Below, in pieces: positions 26,894 to 35,560 of a stretch of DNA of 52,853 nucleotides. The stretch is from a virus (Duplodnaviria > Caudoviricetes): positions 1 to 52,853 of the IMG/VR virus record IMGVR_UViG_3300032722_000027; one strand, 5' to 3'. The translations under genes and the position numbers were made by a program. The notes beneath the pieces were generated by a model. That model saw nothing but the letters and a program-made list of their open reading frames with translations, did not search any database and was not told where the DNA came from. Position 1 is the first letter of the stretch. Each line of letters opens with the position of its first letter.

Positions 26894-28449
26894 TACAAAG
26901 CTCCTGTCGTTACCAAACCTAAACCGTCAATCGGTTCCAAATGGTCACCATCAACGATCCCCACGTAACTGAACACATCGACCGTATCGTCGTGGGCACC
27001 GTTGGGGAATGCCATCAACTCCGCAATCAGAATCAGCACCCACGGTGCCACTTCCGGCTTCGGGAAGTAGAAGTGCCCATTTTCCATCTTGATCGCCGAT
27101 TGACCGGATCGCGTCACCTTGTCTCCGTCAGCTTCCAGTCCGAGAATCGCCACCCCGTCACGGACGAACTGTTGCACGACTGCCGTGCCGTTCTGTTTTT
27201 TCTCGATGTAGAACCGGCGCAGCGAGCGCTTTATCATCATGCTCTTGATCGCCGGGCCGATGTCGGGATGCTCCAAGCGTTGCCGCAACAGGTCCAGCAG
27301 CAGAATGTCATGGTCCAGTGTGGTAGCGACCGAGAGCAGGGCGGCGTAGTCCGCCGTTTCCTTGAGCGACATGGCCAGATCGCCAACGCCGTAGCGGTCA
27401 TCAATATCGCACTTCATGACTCGCCGGTCGCCGCGCTCAGGATCGTGCAGAACATAATGGTCCTGTTCTTCGGTGTACCAGCGAATCCACGCCTCTTTGA
27501 ATTGGCCGCCGCCGGCGGGGTTTGGGCGCTGCTGGTGCTGGCCGGCAAACGCCGCGGGCCGCAAGCGAAATTCCTCATAGTCGATGGCTGATTTGGGGAA
27601 CTTGGCAGGAAACAGCAACTCGCAATCTTCTTTGCGGGGATCTTCAAACTGCCGAATAACGGTCTTGCCGTTAACCATTTTGATGCCCAGCGTGGTCCGA
27701 CTCTTGTTAGACGGGTCAAAGCGGCTCGGCAGACATAAGTGTTGCCAGTTGCCCCATTTACCTTCCGCCAGAACGTGACCGCTCAAATCTTCTTCATGTA
27801 GCCGCTGCATGATGATGACGCGGGCACCAGTTACAGGATCACTCAGGCGGTTGGCAATGGCTTCATCCCACAGTCGCAGGCATTCCGCCCGCACCAAGTC
27901 GGAATTGGCATCCTTGACGCTAAGTGGGTCATCCACCACAACATAATCGCCGCGGTGGCCAGTGGAACCACCCTTCATGCCGGCCGCCTGACGGAATCCA
28001 GTGGCGTCATTGGCGAGGTAGGCGTCAGAATCTTGCGTGAGTTTCCATTTTGGCCGGAAGGTTTTTTGATACCAGTCCGACATGATAAGCGCACGGCATT
28101 TGCGGGAATCACGGATGGCAAGGTCTTCGGCATAGGACCAGAACAGCCAGCGTTTTCCGGGGCTTTTGAGCCATACCCAGCACGGCCAGAACACGCAGAC
28201 CAGCATTGACTTCATGTGTCCAGGCGGGATGTTTATCAGCAAATTCTGGACGCGGCCTTCTGTCACGGCTTCAAGATGGTCGCAAATTGCCTTGATATGC
28301 CAATTGTCAACGAACGGCGTTGAGGGCTCCAAGACGTGCCACGCCTGTTTGACGAACTCGTGCAGGCTGCGCCGGGCAAGGGCTGCTTGCACAAGATCGT
28401 CGGGCGGAAGATCGGGCATTTCCAAGGCTACAGACATCGCGGGCTCCAT
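26893..28449 (-). CDS. terL: Terminase large subunit
   Basis: NIPPGHMKS, VVDDP, IMQRLHEEDLSG, QQRP.P.GG, FPNGAHDDTVD. Confidence 0.95.
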   Translation of the reverse strand: MEPAMSVALEMPDLPPDDLVQAALARRSLHEFVKQAWHVLEPSTPFVDNWHIKAICDHLEAVTEGRVQNLLINIPPGHMKSMLVCVFWPCWVWLKSPGKRWLFWSYAEDLAIRDSRKCRALIMSDWYQKTFRPKWKLTQDSDAYLANDATGFRQAAGMKGGSTGHRGDYVVVDDPLSVKDANSDLVRAECLRLWDEAIANRLSDPVTGARVIIMQRLHEEDLSGHVLAEGKWGNWQHLCLPSRFDPSNKSRTTLGIKMVNGKTVIRQFEDPRKEDCELLFPAKFPKSAIDYEEFRLRPAAFAGQHQQRPNPAGGGQFKEAWIRWYTEEQDHYVLHDPERGDRRVMKCDIDDRYGVGDLAMSLKETADYAALLSVATTLDHDILLLDLLRQRLEHPDIGPAIKSMMIKRSLRRFYIEKKQNGTAVVQQFVRDGVAILGLEADGDKVTRSGQSAIKMENGHFYFPKPEVAPWVLILIAELMAFPNGAHDDTVDVFSYVGIVDGDHLEPIDGLGLVTTGAL

Positions 28450-28545
28450 GCCCCGCGCGCACCACCCGCCCCCAACCGAACGCTACTCTACCGTTCGCTT
28501 TTTAGAATTGCAACCTTTGCACCGCAAAGTAAGTGGCTTGGCGAC

Positions 28546-28740
28546 TCAATCGACAATATCCCCAATCTCGCACTTCAACGCCTTGCAGGTGGCAACCAGG
28601 GTGCTGTACCGCAGATCGCCGGGATGATCCTCGATCCGCTTCCACGACTGCGCCAACCGCCAGCCCGCCGCCTCAGCGGCCTGTCGGAGATTCAGACCAA
28701 GCTCCACCCGCCGCGCCTTGATTTTCTTGCCATTTATCAT
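28546..28740 (-). CDS. Cro/CI-type (XRE) HTH regulator
   Basis: IKARRVELGLNLRQAAEAAG...WKRIE...TL...CKAL. Confidence 0.85.
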   Translation of the reverse strand: MINGKKIKARRVELGLNLRQAAEAAGWRLAQSWKRIEDHPGDLRYSTLVATCKALKCEIGDIVD

Positions 28741-28769
28741 GGAAATCTCACAAAATGACAGCTAACCTA

Positions 28770-28798
28770 TTGCATTTATAGCAGAATTCTGGTATAGT
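28770..28798 (+). promoter_or_regulatory. Sigma70-like promoter for the recombinase
   Basis: TTGCAT-17 nt-TATAGT with a TGn extension. Confidence 0.6.
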
Positions 28799-28826
28799 GT
28801 CAATGATGAAGTTGAAAGGGGAAGAA

Positions 28827-29507
28827 ATGACCAAGGCGTACTCTTACCTGCGGGTTTCGGGAATTGGTCAGGTGGCCGGCGACGGGTTCCCTCGCCAGCG
28901 TGCCGCCATTGCGGCCTACGCGGCGGCACGCGACCTTTCCATTGAACGCGAGTTCGTTGAGGAGGGCGTCACGGGCAAAATGGAAGCGTGCTACCGGCCA
29001 GCGTGGTTTGATATGCTCTTGGCGCTCAAATCCAACGGCGTGCGGACCATCATCATCGAACGTCTCGACCGGCTGGCCCGCGACTTGATGGTGCAGGAGC
29101 ACATCATCGCGGACATCCAGCGGGCCGGTATTGAACTGGTCAGCACAGCCGAACCAGACCTGGACAGCACGGACCCCACCCGCGTACTGATGCGCCAGAT
29201 CATGGGGGCCATAGCCCAATACGACCGCGCCATGATCGTACTCAAGCTCCGCGGTGCCCGCCAGCGCAAGAAAGCCCTCACGGGCCGCTGCGAAGGCGCC
29301 AAGCCGTTCGGACTGGACCCCAAGCGCCCCGACGAAGCGCCCATCCGCCAGCAGATCCTGGCCATGTGCCGCAACGGCGCCGGCTTTGAGGACATCGCCC
29401 GGCACCTGAACGCCATGGGGGTCAAGACGCGGCACGGTAAACCGTGGCTGCGCGCCACCATCCAGCACATCGCACAATCGGAACTCAAGAAAGGAGTGGC
29501 GGCTTGA
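28827..29507 (+). CDS. Serine recombinase (resolvase/invertase catalytic domain plus short recombinase DNA-binding domain)
   Basis: YLRVS, ERLDRLAR, PFG and IARHLN..G.KTR.GKPW. Confidence 0.9.
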   Translation: MTKAYSYLRVSGIGQVAGDGFPRQRAAIAAYAAARDLSIEREFVEEGVTGKMEACYRPAWFDMLLALKSNGVRTIIIERLDRLARDLMVQEHIIADIQRAGIELVSTAEPDLDSTDPTRVLMRQIMGAIAQYDRAMIVLKLRGARQRKKALTGRCEGAKPFGLDPKRPDEAPIRQQILAMCRNGAGFEDIARHLNAMGVKTRHGKPWLRATIQHIAQSELKKGVAA

Positions 29508-30073
29508 AGGTGGTTTACGTAGCCGGTCCGTACCGCGCCCCGACCGCATGGGGCCGACAGCAGAACATCCACCGCGCCATGGAAGTGGCGGCGGAAGTGT
29601 GGAAGCTCAACGCTGTGGCGCTGTGCCCCCATGCCAATTCGTCCAACCTCGACGGCATCGTGCCCGATCAATCCTTTCTTGACGGAACGCTTGAACTGCT
29701 TCGCCGCTCCGACGCCATGATTCTGGTGGACGGATGGCATGACTCAGCCGGCACCAAAGGCGAAATTGACCTGTGCGAACGGGTCGGGAAGCCCATCTTT
29801 ACCAGCACGGCACAACTCCGCAAATGGTTGGCATCGCCCGAGAACCACCTTTGCCTCGCAGGATCCCGCGAACGAACCCCGGAACCGTCTACGAATCCAA
29901 CAACCCCCGCGACAACGGCCGCCGCATCGTCATCGTCCACAACGATCCGCGAAGTCCATACGTCGTCGCCCGATCAGCCGACCGCGGTATTCACTCCAAC
30001 ATCCGCAAAGACTCGTTCCGCGACCAGCCGCCGTTCGTCAAACACTGCTACCGAAAGGTGCAGCGCAACGTGA
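29504..30073 (+). CDS. DUF1937/DUF4406-like (nucleoside deoxyribosyltransferase-fold) protein with Ser/Thr-rich tail
   Basis: VYVAGPY, CPH.NS, SDAMILVDGW..S.G...E; TTG start with AAGGAG. Confidence 0.75.
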   Translation: MKVVYVAGPYRAPTAWGRQQNIHRAMEVAAEVWKLNAVALCPHANSSNLDGIVPDQSFLDGTLELLRRSDAMILVDGWHDSAGTKGEIDLCERVGKPIFTSTAQLRKWLASPENHLCLAGSRERTPEPSTNPTTPATTAAASSSSTTIREVHTSSPDQPTAVFTPTSAKTRSATSRRSSNTATERCSAT

Positions 30074-30527
30074 ACGCCGATCCAACTTTACTGCAAAAAA
30101 TTTCTGGATAACTTCACTGGCTCAACGGCATCTTGGGTGGAACCGTTCGATACCAACCCGTCCTGACGGCTCCACAGCCGCAGCAATTCAACTCCACGCC
30201 GTTCTCCCAGCCACAATACGCACATCGCCCACTATCAAAGCCCCGCAACTCGCACAAACGACGCGCCGCAACATTCACTGGCGGGGGTGGAGGTCTACAT
30301 GCCATATATGACCCAATCTCTAAGCGTTAAATTATTGCACTACTGCTGAATATTCGCCATCAACTATAAGCCAAGAGGGGCTATTTTGGAAAAAATTTGC
30401 GAGAAGGGCTTGAGTAATGGACTGACCAGGGCCACCCCGTTTAGCGAATCGCGTTTAGCTTGGCCGGCGGCGAGGTTTAACGGTGCCGGTATATCGTTCC
30501 ACAGATTTAGACATTTCACAATGTACG

Positions 30528-31019
30528 TCATTCTGTCGTCGTGACCGGCGGCGTGTTCGCGTGCTCGGCCTGCACTTCGATAGGCTCTGGCAGTGCGGCC
30601 TGGGCCTGCTGCTGTGCGAGTTTCCGGGCCTTTGCGGCGGCGTGGATGTCGGCCATCTGTTGTAATTCCTCTAATGTGTACATATCAAGGTCGATTGTGG
30701 ATGCTTGCTGTATGGTCTGGACAATCTCCTGCGTGGGCTTACCGTCCAGCGTGTCGCGCAGGGCCTCAAAGTCTGCTGTGCGGCCCGCTTCCTGGATCCC
30801 GCGAAACATCTGCCGCGCTGCTGTAAGCTTCAATGCGGGCGACTCCTTGTCTGCAAAGACCTTCATCAGGTCGAGTTCGGTGAATCCCTTCATCCTGGTC
30901 AGCCATTGTTTTACGGTAAGCTCGCGGTCGGTCTGCCCCTTGGGGTTACCGCTAACCCCTTTCGGCCATTGTCCTGGCCTGCGTGGCAGTTCGGTCAAGC
31001 TATTTGGTTGCTGCGTCAT
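30528..31019 (-). CDS. terS: Terminase small subunit-like protein (DUF5681 motif)
   Basis: GQWPKGVSGNPKG, DTLDGKPTQ and T.EEL motifs; upstream of terL. Confidence 0.7.
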   Translation of the reverse strand: MTQQPNSLTELPRRPGQWPKGVSGNPKGQTDRELTVKQWLTRMKGFTELDLMKVFADKESPALKLTAARQMFRGIQEAGRTADFEALRDTLDGKPTQEIVQTIQQASTIDLDMYTLEELQQMADIHAAAKARKLAQQQAQAALPEPIEVQAEHANTPPVTTTE

Positions 31020-31712
31020 GGTTTACACAATAGCGTTACTGGCATGGTCTGGTCAAGTGCTTTCTGCCGGTCTTGTTTGTCGGCTTGGTCGTGGTTCGCG
31101 TTCGGTGAGCGATTATCAATGTCCCTGCGGGCCATAAACGCGCAGGAACTCCCCCCCCCTTCAATGTGATTGGGGCGGGGGAGTGGGTTCCCTAGGCTCA
31201 CATCAGGCCATAGCCGGGGAAGTGATACACAGGCTATTCCGAGCGGCTTCCCTGCGGTCTTTGTGGTTACCAGGTCGCGCGGACCGAGTGCGATAACCTG
31301 CACGTTGCCGACAGTCGGCGTATGTCAGATGGGTGCGACAAAACATCCATCTATGCGTAATCTAGCGTTGCGGTTGAGTTCAGTCAAGAGTCTGCTTGCA
31401 ATTTATCACTTTGTGGTGTAAAGTGACTGGTGACAAAACATCCGGCGCCGCCCGGCGCCATCCAGCAGAGCCCGTTAATTGCGGGCTCTGTCTGTTTTTG
31501 CTCCCCCACTTTGCGTCGCAAGCATCATCCTGGGATGTCTGGCCATTTCGGATTCCCCATCACAAGTATTGCAATCCATCAATATCAGCATGTCATTTCC
31601 TTGTTAGGTTTTTGTTTTGACCAATGTTTATGCGGGTTTGGTGCGTGTCATATCGACCATTCTGCGTGTCAAATAGCGCATAAGATTCTCTCACAATTCT
31701 TTTATAATACGC

Positions 31713-31740
31713 TTGCTTTATACCCGATACATTCTATAAT
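31713..31740 (+). promoter_or_regulatory. Strong sigma70-like promoter of the accessory cassette
   Basis: TTGCTT-16 nt-TATAAT with an AT-rich upstream region. Confidence 0.7.
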
Positions 31741-31948
31741 GATATCAGTGATTCAGAGATCTGAACCACCGCAACTCGGAGCGAATCCGGGAGGAACCGA
31801 GTAGGAGAATCAGATGAGTACCCTTCGCAGTGAAAAAAGCCTAGCGCTCGCGCTGGCGGCGCCGCATCCGCGCGGCGTTGCCGGCCTGGGCGCTGGGCCA
31901 TGTTGGCGCGGCGTTATGGGAATTCAGGGAATAGAAAGGCAGTGTTTT

Positions 31949-32818
31949 ATGTGGAATCGCAATCAAGGCTATCGTTCAAGTGGTAATGCCCTGGCAACTC
32001 TGGACAATGATCGGCTGCACGCTATCGCGCCGTCGGTTTTCGCGGAGAATCCGCACGAAAGCCGTTCAAGCCGGTATGCGTTCATTCCGACCATTCGCGT
32101 GGTCGATGGCCTGCGCGGCGCTGGATTCCAGCCAGTTTGGGCGGCGCAGTCAAAGTGCCGCACGGATCTTACCCGGCAAGATTTCACCAAACATATGATC
32201 CGGTTTCGGCACGTTGACGCGCTCGATATGGCCAGCGGCACATTCCCAGAGGTCGTTATGGTCAACTCGCACGATGGTACATCGACGTATCAATTCCTTG
32301 CCGGCCTTTTCCGTATGGTCTGCGGCAACGGCTTGATCTGCGGCGATTTCGAGGCGCTGAAAATCCAGCATACGGGGCGAATCGTGAAAGAAGCCATTGC
32401 GGGCAGCTATGGCGTGCTGGAACAATCGCGCCGGTCGTTGGGCGTGGCGCAGGATTGGCAGCAATTGCAACTGACCAGCGGCGAGCAATCCGCCCTGGCG
32501 GTAGCGGCCCATCATGTACGTTTTGCGGATTCGCAGGGCAATGTGGATACCCCAATCCAGCCGGCGCAATTGCTGCGGGCACGTCGCGTGGACGATATGA
32601 AAAATGACCTGTGGACTACCTTCAACAGGATTCAAGAAAACACGATCCGCGGCGGCCTGCGTGGCGTTGGCCAAGATTCCCAAGGGCGCCGCCGGCGCGT
32701 ATCAACGCGCGAAGTCAGGGGCATTGACGGCAATCTAAATCTGAACAAGGCATTGTGGAAACTGGCCGAGGCCCTGGCGGCAAGCAAGCATGCCCCTATC
32801 GAAGTGCAGGCGGCGTAA
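31949..32818 (+). CDS. DUF932 (DUF945/YubP-like) protein
   Basis: APSVF...HESRSSRY.FIPT, FTKHMIRFR, NSHDGTS.YQ..AG.FR.VC.NGL, DLWTTFNRIQEN, LNKALW. Confidence 0.9.
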   Translation: MWNRNQGYRSSGNALATLDNDRLHAIAPSVFAENPHESRSSRYAFIPTIRVVDGLRGAGFQPVWAAQSKCRTDLTRQDFTKHMIRFRHVDALDMASGTFPEVVMVNSHDGTSTYQFLAGLFRMVCGNGLICGDFEALKIQHTGRIVKEAIAGSYGVLEQSRRSLGVAQDWQQLQLTSGEQSALAVAAHHVRFADSQGNVDTPIQPAQLLRARRVDDMKNDLWTTFNRIQENTIRGGLRGVGQDSQGRRRRVSTREVRGIDGNLNLNKALWKLAEALAASKHAPIEVQAA

Positions 32819-32908
32819 ACAATCCGCCCGTATCGCGCCCCGTGGCAACGCGGGGCGCCATTACGGGCGGCTTGCGTAAGCCGCTGAATTTTACAAGGGG
32901 AATAGATC

Positions 32909-33412
32909 ATGAGTACGGATTACGAAAAGCACGCGGCAGAATACCGGCAGAAAATGGCCAAGGTAAATGCCTCGCTGGACGATTGCGGCATCGGCCACGG
33001 TGTGCGCGATCGGATGGGCTCGCATATCGGCGCGGCGGCCGATTTCGTTGGCCGGATTACTCGCGGCATCATGGGGCAGTTGACCTATGATCACTTGCAT
33101 AATGTGCCAATGGGAACTATCCGCGCGTGCGATCTGACCGTGGACCATGCGATCCTGGGCGGCACGGTTCATGCGGTGGGCGCGTTCCTCAAATGGGACA
33201 TCGGCGCGGCGATGGAATTTGCCGCCGATGTGCTGGACGATGTGAACGCTCATCCAGAGGCGGCGATTGTGCGCAGCGGATCCATGACGGATATGGTGGC
33301 GGCCCTGGTGGAGTTATCCGGCTGGATGCGCGAGCATACCGGGCCGGCAGACGGTACGCAGGAAATGTTGACGCGGGCGGTGGCAGCTTTGGATAAGTTG
33401 CCGAAAGTTTAA
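32909..33412 (+). CDS. Hypothetical protein
   Basis: AAGGGG RBS; cassette orientation. Confidence 0.7.
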   Translation: MSTDYEKHAAEYRQKMAKVNASLDDCGIGHGVRDRMGSHIGAAADFVGRITRGIMGQLTYDHLHNVPMGTIRACDLTVDHAILGGTVHAVGAFLKWDIGAAMEFAADVLDDVNAHPEAAIVRSGSMTDMVAALVELSGWMREHTGPADGTQEMLTRAVAALDKLPKV

Positions 33413-33503
33413 CCGCCCCTATCCCGGCCAGCTTGGAAACTGGCCGGCATTAGTGGCGCTTGACGTTCGGGCGCAATGTGGAATCGTAACAAGGGAATAG
33501 AAA

Positions 33504-34271
33504 ATGAAGCTTTATGAGAAGTATCGGCCCAAGTCTTTCGATCAGGTCATCGGCCAAAGCGCGGCGGTAGCGGGCATTCGCTATGTGCTCAATCGCGGAT
33601 GGGGCGGCAAGGCGTGGTTCATCCATGGCCCATCGGGCGCCGGCAAAACCACGTTGGCGCGGATCATTGCGGCCCATGGGGCGGATGACTGGTTCATCGA
33701 AGAATTGCCGATGGCGCGGGACATATCCATTGCGGACCTGCGGGTCATGCGGGCGTCGATGGCACTCTACGCCACAGGCAAGGGCGGGCGGGCTTTCATC
33801 ATTAACGAGGCCCATGGGATGCGCCGTGACGTTCTGGAAGGGCTTTTGACGTTGCTTGAGGAAATGCCCGATAGCGCCTGCCTGATTTTCACCACCACCA
33901 GCGCCGGCAAAGATCGGCTATTCGATGATTGCGAGGATGCCGGCCCGCTATTGTCGCGTTGTATCAACGTGGAGTTGCGCACTCTGGGCTTGGCGGAATC
34001 GTTTGGGGCGGAATGCCAGCGAATCGCCATAGCCGAAAACCTTGACGGCGGCCATGACCTGGCGGCATACGTTGCCCTGGTGCAATCGTGCAAGCTGAAC
34101 ATGCGGGCGGCATTGCAGCGTATCGAGCAAGGCGCAATGCTTGAGGCACCGGCGCCGGTAATGCCGCGGGCGGCGTGCCTGGCGCAGCCGGAACCGAAAG
34201 CGGTAGCGGCGCCAAAGGTCAAGCAGTGGTGGCAGCAGGAGCAATCCCCCTTACTCCGAAAGGCGGTGTAA
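33504..34271 (+). CDS. Clamp-loader (DnaX/RFC)-like AAA+ ATPase
   Basis: LYEKYRPKSFDQVIGQ, GPSGAGKTT.ARI, IINEAH, LLSRC, NMRAAL. Confidence 0.85.
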   Translation: MKLYEKYRPKSFDQVIGQSAAVAGIRYVLNRGWGGKAWFIHGPSGAGKTTLARIIAAHGADDWFIEELPMARDISIADLRVMRASMALYATGKGGRAFIINEAHGMRRDVLEGLLTLLEEMPDSACLIFTTTSAGKDRLFDDCEDAGPLLSRCINVELRTLGLAESFGAECQRIAIAENLDGGHDLAAYVALVQSCKLNMRAALQRIEQGAMLEAPAPVMPRAACLAQPEPKAVAAPKVKQWWQQEQSPLLRKAV

Positions 34272-34273
34272 TC

Positions 34274-34588
34274 ATGCGTTCATTCATGCAGCGACTATAC
34301 CGGGCGGCCGACAATCTGGAACGCGGAACGTACCACGGGCGCGAGTTGGACGAAGCCTTGGAAAACGGCGACGGGGACGCGATGATGGCGGCGTTGTGGA
34401 CGCTGGCGGATTCGCGGCCCAAACTGCGATACGTAATGGCCCTGGAATGGCTGGACGGACCATCACCTGACGTGGCGGCACTGATCGGCCTGCCGCTATC
34501 GGCCCTGATAAACGAAGCGGCTATCCAGCGGAACGAATCGCAATTGGAGCGCCAGGCGGCATACTGCGGCCAAGCGTGTTTGTTTTAA
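34274..34588 (+). CDS. Hypothetical protein
   Basis: Follows the ATPase and precedes a terminator. Confidence 0.6.
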   Translation: MRSFMQRLYRAADNLERGTYHGRELDEALENGDGDAMMAALWTLADSRPKLRYVMALEWLDGPSPDVAALIGLPLSALINEAAIQRNESQLERQAAYCGQACLF

Positions 34589-34601
34589 TCACCTATTCCC
34601 A

Positions 34602-34641
34602 CCCTTGCCGGTTTCCGCACCGGCGCCGGCAAGGGCTTTTT
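34602..34641 (+). terminator. Intrinsic terminator
   Basis: CCCTTGCCGG...CCGGCAAGGG-CTTTTT. Confidence 0.7.
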
Positions 34642-34652
34642 GAGGATTGAAC

Positions 34653-34922
34653 ATGCCAACGGCAACTCCTGATCTAATCGCCTTCCTCAAGGCCAAACGG
34701 CCGGACGTGCTCAATGCGACCATGCGGCAGCAGTTGGGCGTCGATGCGCCTGCGGCCCCACGGGCATCCGCAAGGCCATCGCAACACCGTAGCGGACCTG
34801 TAGCGACCCAACGGCGCGGCGGTGGTGCGATGGAGCAGTATTGCCCGGCGCTCATCCTGGGCGCCGCATGGGCGATTTCGGACAAAGATCGGCGGCGGGC
34901 GTTGCCGCTATCGTATCGGTAG
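34653..34922 (+). CDS. Hypothetical protein (may continue through TAG to 35129)
   Basis: GAGGA RBS. Confidence 0.5.
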   Translation: MPTATPDLIAFLKAKRPDVLNATMRQQLGVDAPAAPRASARPSQHRSGPVATQRRGGGAMEQYCPALILGAAWAISDKDRRRALPLSYR

Positions 34923-34931
34923 GATTATGGC

Positions 34932-35129
34932 ATGGTTCGCGACAAACCAATTACGCCCCGCGCGGCGTTGGTTAATCCGGTCAGGCGGGCGCCGGTCGCA
35001 CGTAAAACCTGCCCGTCCTGCGGCAAGCCGGTTGTGTTCTGGTGCGAGCCATGCCGGGTGAGAATGAATGTCGGGTATGCCCGGCTGGAAAAGAAATTTC
35101 GTGATTGTCGACCACGATCGGCGCTTTAG
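34932..35129 (+). CDS. Small zinc-finger protein
   Basis: CPSCG...WCEPC. Confidence 0.5.
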   Translation: MVRDKPITPRAALVNPVRRAPVARKTCPSCGKPVVFWCEPCRVRMNVGYARLEKKFRDCRPRSAL

Positions 35130-35498
35130 GCTTGAGGCAAGCATGGCTATTGAATTCTGCCAGCAGGCTGGCTGCATCGAAACTGATGGCGTAGCGGATT
35201 ATCGCGTAGATCCGTGGGTACCCTTGGTAACACTTTGCCCAGCACATGCCCGGGCGCGAGGATTCACGGTAGGGTAGGCGCCGGTAGTGGGCATAATCGT
35301 TGATTTCGATGGCACCAGCGAGATCCGGAAGGTTTACGACCAGAAGCGGATGCAGTTAAACGCCCGGCTTGCGGCGTTGGCGGCGCGGCGTTGACCTTCC
35401 ACAATGGCCCAAGGAATCAATACGCGGCCCGTGGCGCCATCTGCGCGGCGTTGGGCTATATCGGGTGGGGCATTTTCGACAAATCGAACGCGGCGCAT

Positions 35499-35532
35499 AA
35501 AAAACCCCGCCGCTGGTTGAGGGCGGGCGGGG
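35499..35532 (-). terminator. Intrinsic terminator of the leftward lysis/fibre block
   Basis: CCCCGCCCGCC...GCGGCGGGG-TTTTTT on the minus strand. Confidence 0.7.
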
Positions 35533-35560
35533 CGCGGGGAAAGAAATTCACGTTTAAGAC

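Noticed and set aside
28450-30527. IS607-like insertion sequence
   Set aside because: No TnpB, no N-terminal MerR-type HTH on the recombinase, and no terminal repeats seen
31814-31948. N-terminal extension of DUF932 in the ORF track
   Set aside because: It crosses a long hairpin, and family similarity begins after ATG 31949; a translated leader from 31814 cannot be excluded
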